Of a DNA stretch of 64,000 nucleotides, positions 27,965 through 37,374 are shown piece by piece. The position numbers and the translations under genes are program-made. How positions within the stretch are numbered: position 1 is the stretch's first letter; every line of letters begins with the position of its first letter. Where the stretch lies: contig JANWLD010000003.1 of assembly GCA_025451045.1 (NCBI GenBank), forward strand, positions 5,690 to 69,689, given 5' to 3'. The notes under the pieces are model-generated. The model did no database searches and was not told the DNA's origin. It was given only the letters and a program-made list of their open reading frames with translations. Origin of the DNA: Candidatus Saccharimonadales bacterium. GTDB lineage: Bacteria; Patescibacteriota; Saccharimonadia; Saccharimonadales; 2-12-FULL-41-12.

Positions 27965-30760
27965 ATGAAAACAACCAGCTTAAACGTGGGTAGGCTTTTT
28001 ACTAAACCCAAAACGAAGGCCTACGACCAGCTCAAATGGTCAAAAAAGGACTCTATTATCGTTAACCCGATGACGGACACTCCTGTATTTGAACAAAAGA
28101 ACGTCGAATTCCCGGACAATTGGTCGCTAAACGCGATTAATATCGTCGCGCAAAAATATTTTACCGGTACGCCCGGTACCAAAAGCCGCGAAAGTTCGAT
28201 GAAGCAACTGATTGACAGGGTCGTTGATACGATTACCCGGCATGGCATACAAGAAGATTACTTTGACAGCGAAGCCGAAGCCGAGGATTTTAAAGAGGAA
28301 CTGAAATATATTTTGGCCACCCAGCGGGCGGCATTCAACTCGCCGGTTTGGTTCAATATCGGCGCGCCGGAACGAGCCCAACAGGCCAGCGCCTGCTTTA
28401 TCCTGGGAGTTGAAGACACTATGCCGTCGATTCTTAACTGGTACCGTGAAGAAGGTATGATCTTTAAAGGCGGTTCCGGTTCGGGAATCAACCTGAGCGG
28501 TATCCGTTCTTCGGTTGAATCGCTGGGTAAAAGCGCCGGAACGGCTTCAGGGCCGCTGAGTTTCATGCGCGGCGCGGACTCATCAGCCGGCGCTATAAAA
28601 AGCGGTGGAAAGACCCGCAGGGCCGCCAAGATGGTGATTTTAAACGCGGACCACCCCGACGTTGAGGAATTCATCTGGTGCAAGGCTATCGAAGAACGCA
28701 AAGCCAGAGTTTTGGAACAGAATGGTTTTGATATGAGCCTGGACGGCAAGGACTCTTTCTCGGTCCAGTACCAAAATGCCAATAATTCGGTCCGGGTTAC
28801 CGACGAATTCATGCAAGCCGTAATCGAAGACAAGGAATGGGACTTAAAAGCGGTCACCACCGGAAAGAGAGTCAAGACGGTTAAAGCCAAGGAACTATTC
28901 AGGGAATTCGCCAAGGCGGCGTGGGAGTGCGCCGACCCGGGAATGCAGTACGACACCACTATCAACTATTGGCATACTACACCGGTTGCCGGCAGAATAA
29001 ACGGCTCCAACCCTTGTAGTGAATACATGCATCTGGATAATTCGGCCTGTAATCTGGCTTCAATCAACCTGCTCAAATACCTTAGGGAAAACGGTACATT
29101 CGATGTTAAGTCGTTCAAACATACCGTAGAGTTAGTATTCAGCGCGCAGGAAATCCTGGTCGGTTACTCATCCTACCCAACAGAGAGTATCACCAAGAAC
29201 GCCAAAGCTTACCGCGAACTAGGACTAGGCTATGCCAACCTTGGGGCACTTTTGATGGCTCAAGGTTTGCCTTATGATTCCGACGAAGGACGAGCACAAG
29301 CCGCTGCTATAACCGCGTTGATGACAGGGCACGCTTATGCCACTAGTGCCAAACTGGCTCGCAAAGTCGGTCCGTTCACCGGTTTTCACAAGGATCAAAA
29401 AGGTATGCTCAAAGTGTTAAATCAGCACAAAGATGCCGTAAAGGATATAGATGCCAGCCTGGTCTCAGAAGAACTTTTAAGCGCGGCCACCAACTCTTGG
29501 GATGAAGCTGTAGAGCTGGCAGAACTATACGGAGTACGCAATTCCCAGGCTAGCGTACTGGCGCCTACCGGGACTATCGGCCTGATGATGGACTGTGATA
29601 CTACCGGAATCGAACCGGATTTGGGCTTGGTTAAGCTCAAGAAATTGGTCGGCGGCGGGACCATGAGTATCGTAAACAGAACGGTTCCCCGAGCACTAAA
29701 AGTACTCGGATATTCTGCAACCGAAGTCGATGATGTAATTGAGTATATTGATGTAGAAAAGACTATAACAGGCGCTCCTCACCTCAAGAAAGAACATCAA
29801 GCCGTCTTTTCCTGCTCCATGGGAGACAATGCCATACATTACTCAGGCCATGTAAAAATGATGTCGGCGGTACAACCATTTATTTCCGGCGCGATAAGCA
29901 AAACCGTAAATATGCCGGAAGATGTGAGTATTGAAGATGTCGAACAGCTTCATATTGACGCCTGGAAACTGGGGCTCAAAGCCGTGGCGATTTACCGGGA
30001 TAACTGTAAAGTAGCCCAACCGCTGGCCATGGCAAAGAAAGAGGGACAGGAAGAAAAAACCGGACAACCGGTAGTTTCAATAGCATCTGATCAGCAGTTA
30101 GTGGTTAAAGGTCCTATCCGAAGAGAAATGCCAAAGACTCGGACAGCTACGACTTTTGAGTTCAACGTTGCCGGCAGCAAGGGCTTTATCACCGTAGGAG
30201 AATTTGAAGACGGTACTCCAGGTGAAATCTTTGTAAAAATAGCCAAGCAAGGTTCTACTTTGTCCGGAGTGATGGAATCACTGGCTATATCCGTAAGTTA
30301 CGGCCTACAATACGGCGTGCCTCTGAAGAGCTATGTCCATGCGTTAACCAATATGACTTTCGCGCCGGCCGGACTTACCGACGATTCTGAAATCAAGACC
30401 GCGACTTCGCTCGTAGATTACATCTTTAAACGGTTGGCCCATACTTACTTGTCGTTTGATGACAAGCTTGAACTGGGACTGGCATCAATAGATGACATGC
30501 CTGAAACGCAAACCAGCTTGCTTGAAGAAAGTAAATCTAGCGTACCGGAAGTCAAAGGACCTGTGTTGCTGAAGGAAGACCCGGTAATTAAAGAACAAAT
30601 TAAGCCTGCTGAAACTCCAGCGCAAGAGGACAACACGCCTAAAAAATCCGTCAAGAAAGATGACACCGCCCCTATGTGCTATAACTGCGGTAATCAGACG
30701 CAGCGTTCGGGTTCGTGCTATGTCTGTACATCCTGCGGCTCCACAACTGGCTGCTCCTAG
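27965..30760 (+). CDS. nrdJ: Class II (adenosylcobalamin-dependent) ribonucleotide reductase
   Basis: AAFNSPVWFN, SACFI, SNPCSE, SACNLAS, APTGTIG; TSCPD-like C-terminal domain and CxxCG..GSCYVCxxCG ribbon. Confidence 0.95.
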   Translation: MKTTSLNVGRLFTKPKTKAYDQLKWSKKDSIIVNPMTDTPVFEQKNVEFPDNWSLNAINIVAQKYFTGTPGTKSRESSMKQLIDRVVDTITRHGIQEDYFDSEAEAEDFKEELKYILATQRAAFNSPVWFNIGAPERAQQASACFILGVEDTMPSILNWYREEGMIFKGGSGSGINLSGIRSSVESLGKSAGTASGPLSFMRGADSSAGAIKSGGKTRRAAKMVILNADHPDVEEFIWCKAIEERKARVLEQNGFDMSLDGKDSFSVQYQNANNSVRVTDEFMQAVIEDKEWDLKAVTTGKRVKTVKAKELFREFAKAAWECADPGMQYDTTINYWHTTPVAGRINGSNPCSEYMHLDNSACNLASINLLKYLRENGTFDVKSFKHTVELVFSAQEILVGYSSYPTESITKNAKAYRELGLGYANLGALLMAQGLPYDSDEGRAQAAAITALMTGHAYATSAKLARKVGPFTGFHKDQKGMLKVLNQHKDAVKDIDASLVSEELLSAATNSWDEAVELAELYGVRNSQASVLAPTGTIGLMMDCDTTGIEPDLGLVKLKKLVGGGTMSIVNRTVPRALKVLGYSATEVDDVIEYIDVEKTITGAPHLKKEHQAVFSCSMGDNAIHYSGHVKMMSAVQPFISGAISKTVNMPEDVSIEDVEQLHIDAWKLGLKAVAIYRDNCKVAQPLAMAKKEGQEEKTGQPVVSIASDQQLVVKGPIRREMPKTRTATTFEFNVAGSKGFITVGEFEDGTPGEIFVKIAKQGSTLSGVMESLAISVSYGLQYGVPLKSYVHALTNMTFAPAGLTDDSEIKTATSLVDYIFKRLAHTYLSFDDKLELGLASIDDMPETQTSLLEESKSSVPEVKGPVLLKEDPVIKEQIKPAETPAQEDNTPKKSVKKDDTAPMCYNCGNQTQRSGSCYVCTSCGSTTGCS

Positions 30761-30925
30761 AGCAATCCGCCGCGCCGGCCTGCTTCCGGCAGAGCCGGAA
30801 CTCCGCCGGCACTCTCGATGCTGAGCGTTGTTATGAACTCCAATGCTCCTTCATCGTATTAATTATACGATTCAGTGCGCGTTTCGCTCATGCCTAGCTC
30901 AAGCACCGAGCGGCCTTACTCTAGG
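30756..30925. repeat. Long imperfect hairpin element (family A, copy 2)
   Basis: Arms CCTAGAG/CTCTAGG, apical ATCGTAT-TAATT-ATACGAT; core 30778-30806 matches 213-241. Confidence 0.7.
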
Positions 30926-31009
30926 TGTAATTCTATAAGGCTGCTCTTCCCTAAGACAAAAACTGTGTCGTACATTTGTCTGTATAACCCTAGGTTGTTT
31001 TTCCTTGTG

Positions 31010-31078
31010 CTTCATACTTCATACGCAATACCTCATACGACTGCTTGACCCTGTAACCTAGAAGCTATAACCTAAGTA
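31010..31078. repeat. Two degenerate heptamer arrays
   Basis: CTTCATA CTTCATA CGCAATA CCTCATA and CTGTAAC CTAGAAG CTATAAC CTAAGTA. Confidence 0.6.
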
Positions 31079-31080
31079 CT

Positions 31081-31350
31081 ATGAAGGTGGTTATTCTTTA
31101 TCGGCCAGATTCCGAAGGAGCTAGAATTGTCGAAGATTTCGCGCACGAGTTTGCCCGGCGCTACGAAGACAGAAAACTGGAATTGGTAAGCGTCGATACA
31201 CGTGACGGCTCAGCTACCGCTACCCTATATGATGTTATGAAATGCCCGGCAGTGTTAGCTCTAACCGACGATGGCCAGGTTTTGCACGAATGGCAGGGCG
31301 ATTCAATGCCGCTTCTAAATGAAGTCTCATACTACGCTACCACCGGTTAA
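31081..31350 (+). CDS. Small thioredoxin-fold-like protein lacking CxxC
   Basis: Beta-alpha-beta pattern with A.LYDVMKCPAVL..DGQ (cis-Pro-like motif); promoter TTGACC-N17-TAACCT. Confidence 0.6.
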   Translation: MKVVILYRPDSEGARIVEDFAHEFARRYEDRKLELVSVDTRDGSATATLYDVMKCPAVLALTDDGQVLHEWQGDSMPLLNEVSYYATTG

Positions 31351-31368
31351 GTGCTATAATTTAGCGAA

Positions 31369-34290
31369 GTGAAATACAGGTCCGGCACCAGACGAAAAGC
31401 CATAGACTACGAAAGATCTTGGGTCAAAAAATGGAAAAAAGCCAAAGTCTTTGAGCAGTCGGTTTCAATGCGCCCAAAGGAAAATTCCTTTGTTTTTTAT
31501 GACGGCCCGCCGTTTATAACGGGGGTACCGCACCATGGTACGCTGCTGACTAGTATAGTCAAAGACGCCGTGCCTAGATATCAAACCATGAAAGGCAAGC
31601 GGGTAGAACGTGTCTGGGGCTGGGATTGCCACGGCCTGCCAGCCGAGGTTTTCACCGAAGAAAAACTTGGTATCAAAGACAAACGTGATATCGGCACCAA
31701 AGTCAGCTTGGAAGAATATATAACCACTTGCAGGGCCAACATGGTCCAGACCGGCAGTCTATGGGAAGATACTATCGACCGCGTTGGCCGCTGGGTGGAT
31801 TTTGAGGGTGCCTATAAAACCATGGACAAAGATTACATGGAATCGGTGTGGTGGGCTTTTAAACAGCTGTATGAAAAGGGCAAAATTTACGAAGGCGAAA
31901 AAGTTCTGCTGTATTGTACCCGTGATGCCACGCCCATCAGCAAGGCCGAAGTCGCCATGGATAACTCTTATCAGGATGTTACCGATCCGAGCGTTTACGC
32001 CAAATTCAAACTGAAAGATTCCGATTCATATCTTTTAGCCTGGACGACAACTCCTTGGACCCTGCCTAGTAACAGCGCCATCGCCATCAACAAAGATATA
32101 ACTTACGCTGAGGTCGAATTGGACGGCCAAAGATACATCTTAGCTGAAAAACTGCTGGACAAGGCCCTGACTGATGAAAAACACCAGAAACTTGACTATG
32201 AGGTTATCAAGACTTTCAAAGGCAAAGAACTCGTCGGCAAAGCCTATGAGCCGTTATTTGATACTTACACAGATATCGGCAAGGATGCCTTCAAAGTTTG
32301 GCATGCCGACTTCGTCCACGCCGAAGAAGGTACTGGTATTGCCCACGAGTCACCAGCTTACGGAGAGGAAGACTATCAGCTTAGTAAAGAAAACAATTTT
32401 CCATGGGTGATAAGTACCGATGAAAACGGTTTTTATACAGGCGGACTATATAAAGGCAAGAATATCTGGGAAGTCAACAAAGAGATAGCCAAAACGCTTT
32501 TGAGCGAAGGCAAGGCGCTTAAAATCGATTACATAACCCATAGTTATCCGCATTGCCACCGTTGTGGCACGAGGCTGATGTATAGGGCCCATCCAAGCTG
32601 GTTCATGGATATTGATGGCCAACGCAGTGAAATGTTAGAAAAAAATGGTGGGATAAACTGGTTTCCAAAGCACATTAAGCACGGCCGGTTTGCCAAGACC
32701 GTCGAGACAGCACCGGATTGGAACCTCAGCCGCGACCGTTTCTGGGCGACAGCCATGCCGGTTTGGAAAGGCAAAGACAGTGCCGGCAAGGAACATATCA
32801 AAGTAATCGGCAGCTATGAGGAGCTACAGCAGTTATCAGGCAAGACGCTGGAAGATTACCACCGGCCTTGGGTAGATGATATAACCTTTGAAATCGACGG
32901 CGTAAAATACCGGCGGATTGAAAAAGTATTAGACTGCTGGTTTGAGTCCGGCTCGATGCCGTTCGCCCAATACCATTACCCCTTTGAGAACGTTAAGAAA
33001 TTCGAAGAGAATTTTCCCTGTGATTTCATCGTCGAGTATGTTCCGCAGGTACGGGCTTGGTTTTATTACATGCACGCCGTATCAGTCGGACTGTTTGGCG
33101 ACGAAGCGTTTAAAAATGTTATAGTCCATGGCACCATCGCTGGCAATGATGGCCGCAAGATGAGTAAAAGTTATGGCAATTACACCGATCCATCGGAGCT
33201 GATGGATAAGTATTCGGCCGACGCCCTACGGTTTTTATTCCTGAGCTCGCCGCTTTTAAACGGCGAGGATTTCTCACTGTTGGACAAAGATGTCGCTGAT
33301 GTGGCGCGCAAACTGGGCATGATATGGAATATGTACGACTTCTTTACTTTGTACGCGGAGGTTGACAAGTGGGAATGGAATCCGCCGGTAAGCGGCCCAG
33401 CCCAGCTAGCCGACCCTACGCCGGAGCTATCCAACCTGCTCGATATTTGGATTATTTCCCGGCTTCATCAGCTTACCCGCCAGATTGACGAACATATGGG
33501 CAAATACGACATCCCAAATGCTTTAAAACCGGTTCTGGGCTTTATCGATGACGCGTCAAATTGGTATGTACGGCGGTCGCGCAAGCGCTTTTGGAAAAGC
33601 GAGGATGATGACGACAAAGCTGATGCTTACCAGACGCTACATTACATCCTGACCCAGCTAAGCATTATATTGGCGCCGTTCACGCCGTTTTTGGCCGAGG
33701 AGCTATATACCAAGCTGACGGGCGGGGAATCGGTCCATCTGCTGGACTGGCCAAAGGTCGGGCATGTCAACGAGCTGGTAATCGAAGCCATGGATTTCAC
33801 CAAACAGGTGGTCAATGAAGGGCTGTCTCTCAGGGCGCAAGCCGGAATAAAGGTTCGCCAACCGTTGGCCAAGGTGAGCATCAGTGGAGCGAAAGACATC
33901 TTTGTAAAGAGTGAAAACGAGCTTTACCGCATGATTATCTGCGAGGAATTGAACATTAAAGACATAGACTGGTCAACTAAAGGCGAATGGTCGGTTAGCT
34001 TGGATACCAAGATAACTCCGGCATTAAAGAAAGAAGGCGTTGCCAGGGAGATAATCAGGTATGTTCAAAATGCCCGCAAAGAAGCTGGCCTGAACGTTGA
34101 TGACCGGATAATCTTATCGCTTGCCACCGGTGACTCAGGCATTGAAAAAGCCATAAAAGACCACGAAAAGACCATCATGCATGAAACTTTGGCCGTTAAG
34201 CTTATTGCTAAGGAACAAAAACTCTTTTCCAAAGAAGTTGAGATAGAAGGCAGTAAACTGAACGTATCCTTGGATAGATACAAAGCTTAA
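31369..34290 (+). CDS. ileS: Isoleucine--tRNA ligase, type 2 (IleRS2)
   Basis: FYDGPPF, GWDCHGLP, WTTTPWTLP, SYPHCHRC, DWNLSRDRFW, KMSKS, IleRS2-type C-terminus. Confidence 0.96.
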   Translation: MKYRSGTRRKAIDYERSWVKKWKKAKVFEQSVSMRPKENSFVFYDGPPFITGVPHHGTLLTSIVKDAVPRYQTMKGKRVERVWGWDCHGLPAEVFTEEKLGIKDKRDIGTKVSLEEYITTCRANMVQTGSLWEDTIDRVGRWVDFEGAYKTMDKDYMESVWWAFKQLYEKGKIYEGEKVLLYCTRDATPISKAEVAMDNSYQDVTDPSVYAKFKLKDSDSYLLAWTTTPWTLPSNSAIAINKDITYAEVELDGQRYILAEKLLDKALTDEKHQKLDYEVIKTFKGKELVGKAYEPLFDTYTDIGKDAFKVWHADFVHAEEGTGIAHESPAYGEEDYQLSKENNFPWVISTDENGFYTGGLYKGKNIWEVNKEIAKTLLSEGKALKIDYITHSYPHCHRCGTRLMYRAHPSWFMDIDGQRSEMLEKNGGINWFPKHIKHGRFAKTVETAPDWNLSRDRFWATAMPVWKGKDSAGKEHIKVIGSYEELQQLSGKTLEDYHRPWVDDITFEIDGVKYRRIEKVLDCWFESGSMPFAQYHYPFENVKKFEENFPCDFIVEYVPQVRAWFYYMHAVSVGLFGDEAFKNVIVHGTIAGNDGRKMSKSYGNYTDPSELMDKYSADALRFLFLSSPLLNGEDFSLLDKDVADVARKLGMIWNMYDFFTLYAEVDKWEWNPPVSGPAQLADPTPELSNLLDIWIISRLHQLTRQIDEHMGKYDIPNALKPVLGFIDDASNWYVRRSRKRFWKSEDDDDKADAYQTLHYILTQLSIILAPFTPFLAEELYTKLTGGESVHLLDWPKVGHVNELVIEAMDFTKQVVNEGLSLRAQAGIKVRQPLAKVSISGAKDIFVKSENELYRMIICEELNIKDIDWSTKGEWSVSLDTKITPALKKEGVAREIIRYVQNARKEAGLNVDDRIILSLATGDSGIEKAIKDHEKTIMHETLAVKLIAKEQKLFSKEVEIEGSKLNVSLDRYKA

Positions 34291-34358
34291 CTTTACAGAT
34301 ATGGCGTTCTCTGTTAGAATTTCTTGAACTACTTATAAAAATTAAGCTTAGGTATCAC

Positions 34359-34667
34359 ATGAAAAAAGCGGTTATTATATCAGGCGGAAAGCAGTATTTG
34401 GTCAAAAAAGACGACCAGATAGACGTTGAGTTGCTTAATACCGACAAAAAGACCATCACTTTTGAACCCCTGTTAGTTTACGATGAAAAAGACGTGAAAG
34501 TCGGTAAGCCTACGGTAGAAGGCGCCAAAGTTACCGCTGAAATCATCAATGTCGAGAAACAAGCCGACAAAGTCACCTCAATTCGTTATAAAGCCAAGAA
34601 GCGGGTCAGAAAAGTCCGCGGCCATCGCCAAAAACACGCTACGATAAAGATCAGCTCAATTTCTTAA
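34359..34667 (+). CDS. rplU: 50S ribosomal protein L21
   Basis: AVIISGGKQY, VGKPTVEGAKV, GHRQ. Confidence 0.96.
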   Translation: MKKAVIISGGKQYLVKKDDQIDVELLNTDKKTITFEPLLVYDEKDVKVGKPTVEGAKVTAEIINVEKQADKVTSIRYKAKKRVRKVRGHRQKHATIKISSIS

Positions 34668-34778
34668 GCCGTATAGTATTAGTATTATCCGGCTAGCCAT
34701 ATAATACAAGAAGATTCAACACGTTTTACCAAAGCTGTCGGACATGTTAGTGTAGGGTTTGTAGTAGCGAGGGTCAGC

Positions 34779-35552
34779 TTGAAACAAAAAAAGACGATTG
34801 CGGTATTAAACCAAAAGGGCGGAGTGGGCAAGACCACGACCTCTATAAATTTGGCAGCTTATCTGGCTAAAGAGAAAAGGCGGGTACTGGTAGTAGATGC
34901 CGATCCGCAGGGCAATGCCACGAGCGGCCTTGGTATCATCAGCGGCCGTCTCAAAGCCAGCTTGGCGGATGTTTTAACTGGGGCGGATGGCTCGAAAAGC
35001 GTTATTATCAAGACGAAAATAAAAGACCTCGATTTATTGCCGTGTGATAACCGTCTGGCCAGTTCCGAAGTAGACCTGGCCGGTATGCAGAACCGGGAGT
35101 CGGCGTTAAAAAATGTATTGAGTGATGCAACAGCCTATGACTACGTGTTAATTGACTGCCCGCCGTCACTGGGCCTGCTTACCATTAACGCCTTGGTGGC
35201 TGCCGAGCTGGTGCTAATACCGGTTCAGGCGGAATATTACGCGCTGGAAGGTTTGAGCCAACTCCTGCAAGTGATGCAACAGGTTAGAAAAGGGCTTAAT
35301 TCGGATTTGGAGCTGCTCGGGGTAGTGATGACAATGTTTGACAAGCGGACAAGCCTGGCCACCCAGGTATATAATGAAGTAAAGCGGCATTTCTCGGACA
35401 AGCTGTTTGATGTCGTTATACCGCGCAACGTGCGGCTGGCCGAAGCGCCCAGCTTTGGCAAGCCGATATCGGAACATGACAAATGGAGTAAAGGCGCGCG
35501 GGCCTATAAGGCGTTAGCCAAGGAGATAATCACCCGTTGTGAGCAAGAATAA
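34779..35552 (+). CDS. parA: Chromosome partitioning ATPase ParA/Soj
   Basis: NQKGGVGKTT, DADPQGNATSG, DCPPSLG, IPRNVRLAEAPS. Confidence 0.96.
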   Translation: MKQKKTIAVLNQKGGVGKTTTSINLAAYLAKEKRRVLVVDADPQGNATSGLGIISGRLKASLADVLTGADGSKSVIIKTKIKDLDLLPCDNRLASSEVDLAGMQNRESALKNVLSDATAYDYVLIDCPPSLGLLTINALVAAELVLIPVQAEYYALEGLSQLLQVMQQVRKGLNSDLELLGVVMTMFDKRTSLATQVYNEVKRHFSDKLFDVVIPRNVRLAEAPSFGKPISEHDKWSKGARAYKALAKEIITRCEQE

Positions 35553-36402
35553 AGGCTTAGGCAAGGATTTCGGCAGCCTGTTGCCGGATGATTTTGACCG
35601 ATCGCTACTACTCGATAAAAAAGACCGGCTGTACAAAGTAGCAATGACCGAGATAAAAGCCAATCCGAACCAACCGCGGAAACACTTTGATAAAGTAGCG
35701 CTTGATGAGCTGGCGGCCTCGATAAAGACCTACGGTTTATTGCAGCCGATAGTCCTGTCGCCTGAGGGGGACGGATATGTAATCATCGCCGGGGAACGGC
35801 GCTTCCGGGCGGCGAAATTAGTTGGCCTGCAGGAGATAAACGCTCTGGTTCGCTCCAGCGAGGAGTTGGAACGAATAGAAATCGGACTGGTTGAAAACGT
35901 CCAGCGAGAGGACTTATCACCTTTAGAACAAGCAATTTCTATCGTACGGCTACGCGAGCAGTTCAACATGGAATACAAAGACATCGCCAAGCGACTGGGC
36001 AAGGGATTGTCGACGATTACCAATATTGTCAGACTGTTGCAACTACCGGAAAAAGCCAGAAAAGCCCTGGAAACCAAGCAGATAAGCGAAGGCCATGCCC
36101 GCACCATCCTGTCGCTCAAAGACAGTCCGAGCCTGCAAGAAGAACTTTTGGACGGAATCATCAAAAAAGGCTGGTCGGTCCGGGCGGCCGAGCGGTTTGC
36201 CGCCGACGCCAAACAGCGCGAAGGCGTAGGTACGCCGACCAAACTGGTCGTTTCCAGCCAATATCTGGAAAAATCCAAAGATTTGGCCAAAAAACTGTCG
36301 GCTCAGGTCAATATCAAGCCGCTTCGCTATGGCGGGCGGATAGAAATTGGCTATAAATCGGAAAAAGAACTGGCTAAAATCCTAGACGATCTGATGAAAT
36401 AA
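35539..36402 (+). CDS. parB: Chromosome partitioning protein ParB/Spo0J
   Basis: NPNQPRKHF, IIAGERRFRA, ENVQREDL, HTH, ISEGHAR. Confidence 0.96.
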   Translation: MSKNKGLGKDFGSLLPDDFDRSLLLDKKDRLYKVAMTEIKANPNQPRKHFDKVALDELAASIKTYGLLQPIVLSPEGDGYVIIAGERRFRAAKLVGLQEINALVRSSEELERIEIGLVENVQREDLSPLEQAISIVRLREQFNMEYKDIAKRLGKGLSTITNIVRLLQLPEKARKALETKQISEGHARTILSLKDSPSLQEELLDGIIKKGWSVRAAERFAADAKQREGVGTPTKLVVSSQYLEKSKDLAKKLSAQVNIKPLRYGGRIEIGYKSEKELAKILDDLMK

Positions 36403-36514
36403 CCCCAACCGGCTCATCTCCCAAGGTGAGCGTTTCGCGCGCGACGTAAGTAATTCTATCGCGTGCTGCACTTGGCCCTCACGGACTCACTTGGTAGACA
36501 ACCCGGTTGAGGTT
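36401..36514. repeat. Long imperfect intergenic hairpin
   Basis: CAACCGG/CCGGTTG outer arms, CCAAGGTGAG/CTCACTTGG inner arms. Confidence 0.5.
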
Positions 36515-36526
36515 TAAACCAGAAAG

Positions 36527-36611
36527 TTCCTCGGGTGGCTCTTTTGGAAGGCTTCCGCGGATGAATATCGTGGAAATCCGTGGAATACCAAAAGAGCCAG
36601 GACCCGGGGAA
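36527..36611 (+). repeat. Structured repeat family B, copy 1
   Basis: 75-nt core 36532-36606 is 64/75 identical to the reverse complement of 44834-44908. Confidence 0.85.
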
Positions 36612-36631
36612 GAAGCCTAAAGCCGGTTAGG

Positions 36632-37270
36632 CTAGAACTTCTTAACGGAACTGAACGGGAATATCCGGACTGACAAGGTGCCGACGATATCTTTGGAATC
36701 AATCGGCCCGAAAACCCGCGAGTCGAGCGAATTGGCGCGATTATCACCCATAACGAAGACTTCGCCGGGCTTGACGATATAATCGGTTTCGCCCTTGGTA
36801 AGGTTGACGGTAGCTGATTCGGGCCCGAGTTTATCGGGGTAAAAACCGTCGGGGTTTTCAGCATTATAAATGGTGGTGATGCCGTCTTTTACAACCACCC
36901 GGTCGCCCGGCAGGCCAATGACCCGCTTGATAAGCTGTTTGTTCTTGATTTCGAAATCAACCTGGCCTTCATAGTTGAAAACTACTATTGAATAACGCTT
37001 CGGGATATAGTCATGGCGGATTATCTTTGACCAAGTCTTGCCGGCTTTGACCACTATTAAACGGTCTTTATTATGCAGCGTCTGTTCCATACTTGGCCCG
37101 TCTACTTCATAAGATTGAAAGACGAAAACAGTCAAAAGAATAGCGATTATCGGAGCCAGAATTACTATTGAAAGCGTTGAAAACAGCTCTTTTTTGCCGC
37201 TGTGTTTCTTGCTCTCCGGTTGATGCTCTTCCGGTTCGGGCTTGTCCGTAGCTACGTTTATGCTATCCAT
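36632..37270 (-). CDS. lepB: Signal peptidase I
   Basis: TM helix, VDGPSMEQTL, IKRVIGLPGD, MGDNRANSLDSR. Confidence 0.95.
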   Translation of the reverse strand: MDSINVATDKPEPEEHQPESKKHSGKKELFSTLSIVILAPIIAILLTVFVFQSYEVDGPSMEQTLHNKDRLIVVKAGKTWSKIIRHDYIPKRYSIVVFNYEGQVDFEIKNKQLIKRVIGLPGDRVVVKDGITTIYNAENPDGFYPDKLGPESATVNLTKGETDYIVKPGEVFVMGDNRANSLDSRVFGPIDSKDIVGTLSVRIFPFSSVKKF

Positions 37271-37374
37271 GCAAGCAGTAGCTTATCATAATTTGATATA
37301 AACTTTTGCGTACTACCCCTATGGTCTTGGCATGAAGGGCGTATAAACGATATACTGATTGCTTGTAACCGTAC

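Noticed and set aside
27965..30760. Intein or intron in nrdJ
   Set aside because: The reading frame and RNR motifs are continuous with no splicing-element insertion.
34700..36630. parS sites near parAB
   Set aside because: No match to the TGTTTCACGTGAAACA consensus seen.
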